From Eledone cirrhosa (Eukaryota), in contig OZ024741.1 in assembly GCA_964016885.1 (NCBI GenBank), positions 397,730,001-397,794,000 of the forward strand: 64,000 nucleotides of DNA, read 5' to 3'. Positions within the stretch are counted from its first letter, which is position 1, and each line of letters starts with the position of its first letter. The notes beneath the pieces were generated by a model. That model saw nothing but the letters and a program-made list of their open reading frames with translations, did no database searches and had not been told where the DNA came from. This document shows positions 1 through 12,944 of this stretch, in pieces. A program made the position numbers and the translations under genes.

Positions 1-30
1 TGGGGGGTTGGAAAGGTGGGGAACGGGGGG

Positions 31-77
<47 letters not shown>

Positions 78-82
78 TATAG

Positions 83-123
<41 letters not shown>

Positions 124-194
124 TATACTTTGGGAGGGTCATGTTGCCAATAAGAAACACGTCTAACGCACAGAAACAAAGGAAAGGAGTCCCC

Positions 195-239
195 AGTCAC
201 TGAAGAGGTCACAGAGTGTGTGACGAAAGGACTATGACT
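195..239 (+). ncRNA. Minimal type I hammerhead ribozyme motif
   Basis: AGTCA-CTGAAGA-g-GTCACA-gagtg-TGTGAC-GAAA-GGAC-TA-TGACT. 5-bp stem I, 6-bp stem II, rudimentary stem III. Confidence 0.6.
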
Positions 240-435
240 ATATATAAACAACTATCTGGTTGTGGAACCAACCAACCAACCAGAAATTTATAAGTTTGTA
301 AATTTGTAAATTTATAAATATATAATAAATTGAAGTGAAAGCAAATATTGGCAACATGACCCTCCCAAAGTATAACAATATCGGTTTCAACACACGATTT
401 CAGATAAAGAATCTTGCTAAACAAATTCAGAAACG

Positions 436-652
<217 letters not shown>

Positions 653-689
653 TACACATACATACATACATACATACATACAGCGAAGG

Positions 690-812
690 TGTGTGGCTGA
701 GTGGTTAGAGAATTGGATTCGCAATCGTAAGGTTGTGAGTTCGATTCCTGGACTAGGCGATGCGTTATGTCCTTGAGCAAGACACTTTACTTCACGTTGC
801 TCCTTCTACCTG
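690..812 (+). mobile_element. tRNA-derived SINE, head and central domain
   Basis: A box TGGCTGAGTGG and B box GTTCGATTCC, followed by CCTTGAGCAAGACACTTTA (CORE/V-domain-like motif). Several related copies occur in the window. Confidence 0.8.
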
Positions 813-914
813 GAGTTGCAATCGATAGATAGTATTAGCAATGGAAAGACCAACGGAAACATTGTTCCCTCGGTCCGATTTGACGAAAGTCGATCGTTCC
901 TTGATATATATATA

Positions 915-2218
915 CAGGGTGCGGACGATATTTGTTCGCAAGATTACTGTCTAGGAAAAAATAACACAGTAGTTTTATTTTTTAAGATATATTTATCAAA
1001 CTTGGGTCAGTTTGTCTTCATGACTTGTTCTTTCGATCTCACTCGATAAACCCGCCATTGGCTTTGATGATGGCCTCAAGGCGGCCTCAGAACCGGCTAC
1101 AGGCCTTCGTCACTGTCCCCCGACTTAGGCCGCTAAAGGCACTTGTGATCCTGGCCAATCAGATCGTCTTTCGTATTGCAGCTAGATCTGTTGGTGTCTC
1201 GTTCCACTGCACCCCACACAAAGAAGTCGAGGGGGTTGCAGTCAGATGAGCTGGGAGGCCAGATGTCAGGTGAAGTATGGTCGATGAAGTTCTCTGACAG
1301 CCTGGCTTGGGTCTTTCGGCTGGTATGGCAGGGCGCTGAGTCTTGCTGCCACACGTACGACCTACCTGCAGCTACCTGGTCGATCCAGGGCTTTACTACC
1401 TCGCTCAGAACGCAGATGTAGCCATCGGTGTTCAGCTTGAGGCCCTCAGGGAAGAAGTAAGTTGGCATGACGTCACCTTGACTGCTGACGACACCTAAGA
1501 CCAATGTTGTTGCTGGAAACTTTGTCTGCATGACTCTGGGCACGTCTTTGGATGAGACAGCGAGCCACCTGTTGTTCTGGGAGTTGATCTCCTGGTCTTG
1601 GCAGAAGTTTTTCTCGTTGGAGAAAAACCACAGCATGTCTGGCTCCAGTGGGTGTTTCAACTTGTTGATCAGCTTCTTTGCGTGCTTCAGTCGCTTTTCT
1701 TGCATCACCTTTGACAGAAATTGTCCTTTCCTCATCTTGTATGAAACGTAGCGAATGTCTTCATGTACCACCAGCCTAATGAGCTTTTCTTCCACGCCTT
1801 TCTCCCTTGCAATGGCACGCATCGACTTGCTAGGTTCATTGTTGATGATATCCTGAACTTCAGCGACGAACTCGGGCGTTCTGAAGGTGTCAGATCGTCG
1901 ATCATGTGTTTTCCTCTCTGATGTTGCTTCGTAGTCAAATCCTGAATCTTCCAATTCCTTTCTGACCTTTTCCACCATTCTCCTGGTGATGCTGAGAAAG
2001 TCTGAAATTTCCTTATTTGTCTTCCCAGCGCGGATGCCAAGAAGAACTCCGTGTTTCTTCCACAAATTTGGAAGTTCAAAATTATTCATAATCAATTATT
2101 CTGAAAATAAATAATGGAAATATAGTCACTGTTTTTATGAAGACAAGAGTGACAACGGAAGTTAAAAAAATTGCATAAAATTAGCAGTTGAAAATTGCGA
2201 ACAAATATCGTCCACACC

Positions 2219-2221
<3 letters not shown>
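915..2221 (-). mobile_element. Tc1/mariner DNA transposon, DD37D (maT) family, full length but probably inactive
   Basis: 27-bp TIRs CAGGGTG(C/T)GGACGATATTTGTTCGCAA at 915-941 and 2195-2221, with TA on both sides inside (TA)n. The internal transposase ORF has 37 residues between the second and third catalytic D. Confidence 0.92.
1133..2095 (-). pseudogene. DD37D transposase, degenerate
   Basis: Motifs FFSNEKNF (first catalytic D replaced by N), WQQDSAPCH and WPPSSSDCNPLDF. The C-terminus is frameshifted; the expected end ...EAIIKANGGFIE continues in another frame near 1040-1080. Confidence 0.85.
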
Positions 2222-2277
<56 letters not shown>

Positions 2278-2883
2278 TTGCGAGGTTTTTGATGTGAACT
2301 CGTGTGTTGAAACAAATATTGTTATACTTGGGGAGGGTCATATTGTTGTAATAATATTGCCAGAATTAATAACAGAACACACTCACTGTTTGGTTGGTTT
2401 TTGCTTCTGTATCTTTTATATCAGTTAATTTATTCGGTCCTCAATGTTTACCATTGACTGACCAACGGTCAAAAATACAGATATAATATAGACACAAACA
2501 CTTCACCAAACCGAGAACAATAGTTTAACCTTAAACGGATCTTCAGCTCGGGCACTGAGCTGAAGATCTGCTTAAGGTTAAACAATTGTTCTCGGTTTGG
2601 TGAACTAACTGTTGTGTTACTACTTTTACCAAACTCGTCCCATGGACTGAGTGCTCTACCACTACAGATATTACCTTCCAGTGTTCTACCTCTCTCTCTA
2701 TATATATATATGTGTGTGTGTGTAAGTCCTGGTTTCAAATGGGGGTAACCACAGTAAGTAATGTACTCAATATATTAGTGGAGTGTAAATATCATATAGA
2801 AATTGCTTCTATGAGACTAGAACTGTTTCATTCAAAAGAAATCTAGTCCTGTGGAAGCTATTTCTATATAAAACATGATATAT

Positions 2884-3595
2884 ATGAAAGGCAGACTGTA
2901 TGATGCATGTATACGAACAGCAATGTTACATGGTAGTGAGACCTGGGCACTGAATGTGGAAGACTTGCGTAGATTAGAAAGAAACGAAGCCTGCATGCTC
3001 CAATGGATATGTAATAGTAAAGCATAAATGAACGGCAAAGCATAAATGAATTGAGAGAGAGACTAAGCATAAGAGGAATCAAATGCTGTGTGCAGGAGAG
3101 GCGGTTGCATTGGTATGGACATGTGATGCGTATGAAGGATGACAGCTGCATAAAAAGGTGCAGAGCACTAGAAGTTGATAGAAACCGCGGAGTGGGGAGA
3201 CCCAAGAAGACCTGGGATGAGGTGATAAAAGCCGACCTTACCCAATTACACCTCTCAAAGGCGATGACACACGACCGTGAACTCTGGCGTCACGTAGTAA
3301 TACAGAAGACCCGACCCCCTCCACGGGTACAAGCCGAAGCTGAAGCATATAGACAATATGCCCCCACACCCTCCCACTGCAAAGTGGTCGTGGAGGTGCC
3401 ACGGCAAAAAAGCACCCAGCACTCACTGTAAATGAGGTTGGTGTTAGGAAGGACATCCAGCTGTAGAAATCAAGCCAAAATCAGTTCCTGTATGAGCAAG
3501 GCATGGTCAGCCGACCAGACACTGCCCATAACAGGACAAACACGTCTAACCCATGCTAGCATGGAAGAACGGACGTAAAACGGTGATGATGATGA
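2884..3595 (+). mobile_element. RTE-clade LINE 3' fragment (subfamily A)
   Basis: Encodes [21 protein letters not shown]...[12 protein letters not shown]...GRPKKTWDEVIKADL, then a 3' UTR and (GAT)n tail. Confidence 0.88.
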
Positions 3596-3685
3596 TATAT
3601 ATATATAAAGAGAGAGATAGGTGGATAGATAGATACACAGTTTTTTCAAAAAAGTGATGTAAGACATGATGATATATTAAATTAA

Positions 3686-3895
<210 letters not shown>

Positions 3896-4046
3896 TGAAA
3901 TACATATATGATGATGGCTGCAACTCAACTTTTGAAAATGCCATCACTTGATACTTAAGCATGAACATCACAGACGTGCCTTTTAGGGACTTTCCTATGG
4001 TCAGCAATACCATGAAGTTTTTTTTAAGTGAGCAAACGGTTTGCAT

Positions 4047-5612
4047 CGCGATGGTGGTTGTGGTGGTGGTGGTGGTAGTAATGGTAGTCGCGATGGTGGT
4101 TTTGGTGGTGGTGGTGGTGGTGGTGGTAGTAGTGGTAGTTGTGATGGTGGTTTTGGTGGTAGTGGTAGTAGTGGTAGTCGCGATGGTGGTTGTGGTGGTG
4201 GTGCTGGTGGTAGTTGCGATGGTGGTTGTGGTGGTAGTGGTGGTAGTAATGGTAGTCACGATGGAGGTTGTGGTGGTGATGGTGGTAGTAGTGGTAGTCG
4301 CGATGGTGGTTGTGGTGGTGGTGGTGGTAGTAATGGTAGTCACGATGGAGGTTGTGGTGGTGGTAGTAGTGGTAGTCGTGATGGTGGTTGTGGTGATGCT
4401 GGTGGTAGTAGTGGTAGTCGCGATGGTGGTGGTGGTGGTAGTAGTGGTAGTTGCAATGGTGGTTTTGGTGGTAGTGGTAGTAGTGGTAGTCGCGATGGTG
4501 GTTGTGGTGGTGGTGCTGGTGGTAGTTGCGATGGTGGTTGTGGTGGTAGTGGTGGTAGTAATGGTAGTCACGATGGAGGTTGTGGTGGTGATGGTGGTAG
4601 TAGTGGTAGTCGCGATGGTGGTTGTGGTGGTGGTGATGGTAGTAGTGGTAGTCGTGATGGTGGTTGTGGTGGTAGTAGTGGTAGTCGCGATGGTGGTTGT
4701 GGTGGTAGTAGTGGTAGTAGTGGTAGTCGCGATGGTGGTTGTGGTGGTAGTAGTGGTAGTCACGATGGAGGTTGTGGTGGTGGTGGTAGTGGTAGTCGCG
4801 ATGGTGGTTGTGGTGGTGGTGATGGTAGTAGAGGTAGTCGCGATGGTGGTTGTGGTGGTAGTAGTGGTAGTCACGATGGAGGTTGTGGTGGTGGTGGTGG
4901 TGGTGGTAGTGGTAGTCGCGATGGTGGTTGTGGTGGTGGTGGTGGTAGTAGTGGTAGTCGCGATGGTGGTTGTGGTGGTGGTGGTGGTAGTAGTGGTAGT
5001 CGCGATGGTGGTTGTGGTGGTGGTGGTGGTAGTCACGATGGAGGTTGTGGTGGTGGTGGTGGTAGTAGTGGTAGTCCCGATGGTGGTTGTGGTGGTAGTA
5101 GTGGTAGTCACGATGGAGGTTGTGGTGGTGGTGGTGGTAGTAGTGGTAGTCGCGATGGTGGTTGTGGTGGTAGTAGTGGTAGTCACGATGGAGGTTGTGG
5201 TGGTGGTGGTGGTAGTAGTGGTAGTCGCGATGGTGGTTGTGGTGGTAGTAGTGGTAGTCACGATGGAGGTTGTGGTGGTGGTGGTGGTGGTAGTGGTAGT
5301 CGCGATGGTGGTTGTGGTGGTGGTGGTGGTAGTAGTGGTAGTCGCGATGGTGGTTGTGGTGGTAGTAGTGGTAGTCGCGATGGTGGTTGTGGTGGTGGTG
5401 ATGGTAGTAGTGGTAGTCGCGATGGTGGTTGTGGTGGTAGTAGTGGTAGTCGCGATGGTGGTTGTGGTGGTTGTGGTGGTAGTAGTGGTAGTCACGATGG
5501 AGGTTGTGGTGGTGGTGGTGGTAGTAGTGGTAGTCGCGGTGGTGGTTGTGGTGGTGGTGGTAGTCGCGATGGAGGTTGTGGTGGTGCTGGTGGTAGTAGT
5601 GGTAGTCGCGAT
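4047..5612. repeat. Compound GGT/AGT/GAT trinucleotide-based minisatellite
   Basis: Recurring GTCGCGATGGTGGTTGTGGTGGT...AGTAGTGGTA units of variable length (multiples of 3). Fills most of the intron between exons A and B. Confidence 0.95.
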
Positions 5613-5730
5613 GATGATCATTTTTTTTTTTTGCCAATTTCTATTTTATTAAATTTCTTTTAAAAAATTATTTGTAAGCTAATTTTTACATATTTTTACA
5701 TACTTTTATTTTCCATTTGTGTGTTTGCAG

Positions 5731-5948
5731 AGTCTGGTCCATGTTTTAAAGAATCGTAAATGTCTACAAGAACAAGAAGTACGTTATTATGTAAAACAGT
5801 TAATTGATGGAGTGAAATACATTCATAAGAACAAAATAGTCCACAGAGATTTAAAACTTGGTAACATGTTTTTAAATAATGACATGCAAGTTAAAATAGG
5901 AGATTTTGGATTAGCAACCACCGTCAACCATGAAGGAGAAAAGAAAAT
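5731..5948 (+). CDS. PLK2: Polo-like kinase exon B, catalytic loop HRDLKLGN and DFGLA
   Basis: gtttgcag acceptor. Encodes SLVHVLKNRKCL...VHRDLKLGNMFLNNDMQVKIGDFGLATTVNHEGEKK. Ends AT|GTATGT (phase 2). Confidence 0.93.
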
Positions 5949-6440
5949 GTATGTATTTTGAATTATTATTGTAAGATATACTGTTGGTATACCCACTCTG
6001 TGTGTATATATATACATATATAACGAAGGAAATAGCCATCGAAACGGCTTGAGCTCTGCCGTCGGGGTCTTGAACAATTTCATATATATATATATATATT
6101 GTACTTTTATTTTCAAAAAGTAATTTTTTAAGGTTTCTCTTTACAAAAATTGTTTTTTGTTTTGCCTTGTTTGTTGTCTTGTCCTTTCTTTCTTGATTTT
6201 CCTAAGATTATATATATATATATATATATCATCATCATTATCATCATCGTTTAACGTCTATCTTCCATGCTAGCATGGGTTAAACGGGAATTTGTCCCAT
6301 TTGAGGTAAGAGTGATCGGGGGACCATGTCTCACTCGTATAGGACTATCTGACAGGTTTTCTACAGTTGGATGCCCCTCCTAACACCAACCACATTTGTA
6401 TATATATATATTATATATATATATATATACAAATGTGTAA

Positions 6441-6518
6441 AATTGCCTTGTCTGATGAACGAATGCGGATGTTTCTTGTATTCGTCTTATTCGGGAAACC
6501 TCTGGTAATAAGGTAATT
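6441..6518 (+). ncRNA. Type I hammerhead ribozyme motif
   Basis: AATTGCCTTGT-CTGATGA-aCGAAT...ATTCGg-GAAA-CC-tct-GG-TA-ATAAGGTAATT. 11-bp stem I with 2 G-U pairs, GUA triplet. The first pair of stem II is mismatched. Confidence 0.65.
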
Positions 6519-6848
6519 ATATATTAAATATATATTATATATATACAGAGAAATATTGTAGTCTACTTTAATCTTGGGATTAAATTAGATCAGCCATACA
6601 TTAAATATGTATATACATATACATACAGTCATTCTATATACTAAATTTAAACTGGGGCCACAAAAAGAAACTTGGTCTACTCTGTAAAGTGGTCGTGCTG
6701 GTGACATGACAAAAAGCACCCAACCCACCCTGTTGGATAATCCTTTAGGTGCCACAATAAAAAGCACCCAGTCCGACCCTGTAATGTGGTTAGCGTTAGG
6801 AAGGTCATCCAAGTGTAGAAACTAAACCAAAATACAATCTGTATGGGC

Positions 6849-7822
6849 AACATGTGGTCTCTTGACCACATGTTGCTCATAACATGACAACATGTGGTCT
6901 CTTGACCAGACATATCTCATAACATGACATGTGGTCTCTTGACCAGACATGTCTCATAACATGACAACATGTGGTCTCTTGACCAGACATGTCTCATAAC
7001 ATGACAACATGTGGTCTCTTGACCAGACATATCTCATAACATGACATGTGGCCTCTTGACCAGACATCACATAACATGACATGTGGTCTCTTGACCAGAC
7101 ATGTCTCATAACATGACAACATGTGGTCTCTTGACCAGACATGTCTCATAACATGACAACATGTGGTCTCTTGACCAGACATGTCTCATAACATGACAAC
7201 ATGTGGTCTCTTGACCAGACATATCTCATAACATGACATGTGACCTCTTGACCAGACATATCACATAACATGACAACATGTGGTCTCGTGACCAGACATG
7301 TCTCATAACATGACATGTGGTCTCTTGACCAGACATATCACATAACATGACAACATGTGGCCTCTTGACCAGATATGTCTCATAACAAGACAACATGTGG
7401 CCTCTTGACCAGACGTCTCATAACATGACAACATGTGGCCTCTTGACCAGACATGTCTCATAACATGACATGTGGTCTCTTGACCAGACATATCACATAA
7501 CATGACATGTGGTCTCTTGACCAGACATGTCTCATAACATGACAACATGTGGCCTCTTGACCAGACATGTCTCATAACATGACATGTGGTCTCTTGACCA
7601 GACATATCACATAACATGACAACATGTGGCCTCTTGACCAGACATGTCTCATAACACAACATGTGGTCTCTTGACCAGACATATCACATAACATGAGAAC
7701 ATGTTGCCTCTTGACCAGACATGTCTCATAATATGACATGTGGTCTCTTGACCAGACATATCACATAACATGACAGACAACATGTGGCCTCTTGACCAGA
7801 CATGTCTCATAACATGACAACC
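6849..7822. repeat. 37/40-bp tandem array
   Basis: Unit ACATGTGGTCTCTTGACCAGACATGTCTCATAACATG(ACA). Confidence 0.95.
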
Positions 7823-8729
7823 TATCTAACCCATGCAGGTGTGGAAAATGGACATTAAATGATGATGATGATGTTTATGTTGATGATGATAATGATGATT
7901 GTGTTGATAATGATGATGATGATAATGATGATTATGTTGATCATGATGTTGATATTGAGGATGTTTATGATGATCATGATGATGATGTTGATGATGATGA
8001 TGGTGATGTTGATGATGATGTTGATGATTTACATTCCTGAGATGATTTTGTAAACATAAAAATAGTAACAAAACAAAACAATGAAATAAATAAAGAAAAA
8101 TAATAAAGAAAGCAAACAAACAATAATTATAATTGTATGTAGTTGTTGAGGTGTGAAAACTGGGTAAAACTGGGTAAAACTGGATAAAAGGGCAACAATT
8201 GAATCAGGTTATTTCCTGTAGCAACACTGACTAGGCTAGGGCTGGGGTGAGGGGCAGTGGGAATTTGATAGTCTTGCCCTATATTTCCCTAAATTGCTCA
8301 TCAATGTAAACAATGTTTTAAAGAAAAAGTTGATTATAAATCTCAGTCAACTAGAAATTTGTTGAGGGGTGGGTGAGGTGGGGTGGAGAGGTGGGGGATG
8401 AGGGTGGCTGAGGGGTAAGTAGGCTATTAAAACACTAAACTAATGAACTTCACTCCATTGGTCTCTCTTACCACCTCTCTCTCTTTCTCTCTTTATCTCT
8501 TACAACCTCTTTCTCTCTTACCACCTCTCTCTCTCTTTCCCTTTCTCTCCCTCTTTCTCTTTTCTCTCTCTTTCTCTGTCTTCCCACCCCAACTCTCTCC
8601 CCCTCTCTCTTTCTATCCCCCCTCCCTTTCTCTTTCTCTCTTACCACCCATCTCTCTTCCTACCTCCTACTCTCTCTGTCACACATATAAAGGAATACTT
8701 GTATGTATATGCAATGGAACTCTACCTCC

Positions 8730-10270
8730 AAGTCTTATCATAGGAGCTCCAGTGTGACATAGTCTAGTCACAGGGGTTCTAGTGTGATATACTGTCTTAG
8801 ACATAGTCTAGTCATAGGACCACCAGTATGACATAGTCTAGTCATAGGACAACCAGTGTAATATAGTCTAGTCATTGGACCACCAGTATGACATAGTCTA
8901 GTCATAGGACCACCAGTATGACATAGTCTAGTCATAGGACAACCAGTGTAATATAGTCTAGTCATTGGACCACCAGTATGACATAGTCTAGTCATAGGAC
9001 CACCAGTATGACATAGTCTAGTCATAGGACCACCAGTATGACATAGTCTTATCATAGGAGCACCAGTGTGATATAGTGTCTTAGACATAGTCTAGTCATT
9101 GGACCACCAGTATGATATAGTCTAGTCATAGGACCACCAGTATGACATAGTCTAGTCATAGGACCACCAATATGACATAGTCTTATCATAGGAGCACCAG
9201 TGTGATATAGTGTCTTAGACATAGTCTAGTCATAGGACCACCAGTATGACATAGTCTTATCATAGGAGCACCAGTGTGATATAATGTCTTAAACATAGTC
9301 TAGTCATAGGACCACCAGTATGACATAGTCTTATCATAGGAACACCAGTGTAATATACTGTCTTAGACATAGTCTAGTCGTAGGACCACCAGTGTATTAT
9401 ACTGTCTTAGACATAGTTTAGTCATAGAACTACCAGTATGACATAGTCTTATCATAGGAGCACCAGTGTGATATAGTGTCTTAAACATAGTCTAGTCATA
9501 GGAGCACCACTATGACATAGTCTTATCATAGGAGCTCCAGTGTGATATAGTGTCTTAAACATAGTCTAGTCATAGGAGCACCACTATGACATAGTCTTAT
9601 CATAGGAGCTCCAGTGTGATATAGTGTCTTAAACATAGTCTAGTCATAGGAGCACCACTATGACATAGTCTTATCATAGGAGCTCCAGTGTGATATAGTG
9701 TCTTAAACATAGTCTAGTCATAGGAGCACCACTATGACATAGTCTTATCATAGGAGCTCCAGTGTGATATAGTGTCTTAAACATAGTCTAGTCATAGGAG
9801 CACCACTATGACATAGTCTTATCATAGGAGCTCCAGTGTGATATAGTGTCTTAAACATAGTCTAGTCATAGGAGCACCACTATGACATAGTCTTATCATA
9901 GGAGCTCCAGTGTGATATAGTGTCTTAAACATAGTCTAGTCATAGGAGCACCACTATGACATAGTCTTATCATAGGAGCTCCAGTGTGATATAGTGTCTT
10001 AGACATAGTCTAGTCATAGGACCACCAGTATGACATAGTCTTATCATAGGAGCACCAGTGTGATATAGTGTCTTAAACATAGTCTAGTCATAGGACCACC
10101 AGTATGACATAGTCTTATCATAGGAGCTCCAGTGTGATATAGTGTCTTAGACATAGTCTTATCATAGGAGCACCAGTGTGATATAGTGTCTTAAACACAG
10201 TCTAGTCGTAGGACCACCAATATGACATAGTCTTATCATAGGAGCACCAGTGTGATACAGTGTTTTAGAC
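8730..10270. repeat. 30-bp tandem array evolving into a 74-bp higher-order unit
   Basis: Unit ACATAGTCTAGTCATAGGACCACCAGTATG. From ~9487 there is an exact 74-bp period (9487, 9561, 9635...). Confidence 0.95.
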
Positions 10271-12129
10271 ATTTGTATCTGTTAGAGCCCTCTCTCCCCA
10301 ACTCTTCAGCTAGTTTCTTCCAGTGGAGGGGGGAGAGATAGAAAGAGATATAGAGGAAGAATGGACCCCAGAAAGAGAGAGAGAGAGATATAGAAAGAGA
10401 GAGGGGGAGATATATAGATAGACTTTTTAACAATTTCAAAATAATGAAAAGCAAAGTTTAATGCAGTGGGATTTGAACTCCAGGATTTGAGTCCGAATGG
10501 ATGCTGCAAAGTTTTCTATCCCACGTTCTACTGACTCTGCCAATTTACTCCCTTAAATATATGTTTTTATATTTGGGGAGGGTCTTGCTGTTCTAATATT
10601 GCCAAAAATAGTACAACACACTCACTGTTTGGTTTGTTTTTGTTGTTTTTACGCAAAAGAAAACAGCCTCTTTCAATACCCTACATTGCCAAATATATGT
10701 TCATTATATAAATATATACAACAATTACAACCATTTAAAAATAAACACAAAACCTGTTCTCTTCACATAACAGTCCACTCTGCCTAGTAGTGGTATTAGT
10801 GACATGATGACAAAATAGCCAATTCTCCCTGAAATGTGGTTGTGCTGGTGACTCGACAAAAAGCACCCAACCCACCCTGTGAAGTTGTCATGCTGGTGGC
10901 ACAATGAAAATGTACCCAATCAGTTGGTTGTTTTGGTGCTCTGATAAAAAAAAAACACCTAATCCATCCTGTAAATCTGATTGGTGTTAGGAAGGGCAAC
11001 TAGCCTTAAAAACCAAGCCAGAAACAGTTCTGTATGAACAAGACAAGGTCATTTGATCTGACTTGTCTCACAATTTGGTAACTCGCCAAACCCATGCTAG
11101 TGTGGAAAAATGGACGTTAAACAATGGTGGTGATGATGGTGATAAATAGATACACCATATCCTTGCAACTAAAAGAGTCACCTCCAGCAAGGACATTTAG
11201 CTGTAAAACCTGGCCTCAGAAATATTCTTATTACAAGTATAAAGCTGGCCTCTAAGACTAACCCCTGATTTAGCCTTGAAATTCTTATTGTATTTATTTT
11301 TCTAATAATTAGGCTCTTCGTATCGGGGCCATCCAGTACAAGGCTCTAGAACTATGGTTCTGCTATGAGATGGGTTCGGCACGGCCAACTCATAATGGAT
11401 CCATCCAGTTCCAGACTGTAAATGTGGTTGGTGTTAGGAAGGGCATCCAGCTGTAAAATACCTAGCCAAATTTACAGTCCTCATCGGAGCTAGGTATGAC
11501 AGGGCTAACTCTAGCCAGACTTGTCTCCCAGCATGGGCGTCCCATCTAACCCATGCAAGCATGGAAAAATGGACACTAAATGGTAATGATGATGACACCT
11601 TCTCTTATGAAGTGTGATAAAGTGTTGTCACATCTCTGCTGTCACATCCCTCATTGACTTCCACAAAGTCTGATGTAAACAGGACAAAAAAAAGAACTCA
11701 ATATGTTTATATATATGTAATTATTTTTACAACTGAAAATATTCCAGGAATTGGTCAGGATCACCAAATAAAGAGACACAAACAAAACTTGATGACCCTG
11801 TATAACTCTTGGGGTATTTTCAACTCTAAAAATTATATATATCAAAGTGTGTGCGCATCATGTGTACATGTGCACATTGTGTATACATGTGTATATTATT
11901 TGTACATGTGCATATTATGTGCATATCATATATACATGTGTAGTAATCTGTATGCCCTATATATGTCTTGACTGATGACCCCGTGAGAACCCTGAGAAAC
12001 TCTGGAGTAACAAAACTTGGCTTTAATAAAGAATGTATATATATAGTTGTGCGTGTGTGTGTGATCATGTTTGTGTGCATGTGTGATTATGTGTGTGTGT
12101 GTGTGATCATATTTGTGTGCATGTGTGAT

Positions 12130-12168
<39 letters not shown>

Positions 12169-12944
12169 TCATGTTTGTGTGCATGTGTGTGTGTGTGTGT
12201 GACTTGTACCTTTTCAGTTATCTACATACATGTGTGCTCATGCATCTGTTTACTCTAAATGTGTATATAAATATATATCAGCTACCAGATACTGTTATAA
12301 AAAAACATCTACTTAAACACTAACACACAAATATGTCTATGTATAATTTATGTGAAGATAAGTGTGTAAAGCTGGCTGTCTGGTTAAGTAGTTCATTTCT
12401 CAATCATAAGATCACATGTCTGGTTTTATGACATTCATTTATATTTCATTTCCTTTCATTTCCATGAAAGACATCCAGCCATAGAGAACTGTGATAGGAA
12501 TGGTATCGAAGGTCGAATGTTGGAGGTCAAGAGAACTTGTCAGTTAATCTCCCTAGTGTTGGTGAACTACATAATAAGCACACCCAGTACACTCTGTAAA
12601 GTGGTTGGTGATAGGAAGCGTACTCCAGCTGTAGAGACTATGCCCAACAAAGGATAGAGAGGACCCTCCAGTCGTGTCAAAGCAACCCCAATCTCCCTAG
12701 TGTTCATAATTTACACAATATACACACCCAGTACAGTCTGTAAAATAATCTGTTTCTTAATTTTGTATACAATATAAAAAATGAAACATTTTGTTTTTTT
12801 AAATCAAATGATTTGATTGATATTTAAACAAGGTAAACAAATTTAGTCTTAAAAAAACATTTCTTTATTTCATCCTTTGTTTATACTGTTAAATGTGAGA
12901 CACATGAGAAGATGTGTTAAAGACTAATCTTACTGTTAACAAGA

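Noticed and set aside
690-770. tRNA gene
   Set aside because: A and B boxes are present, but there is no clean cloverleaf acceptor stem and the sequence continues into a SINE core seen in many copies.
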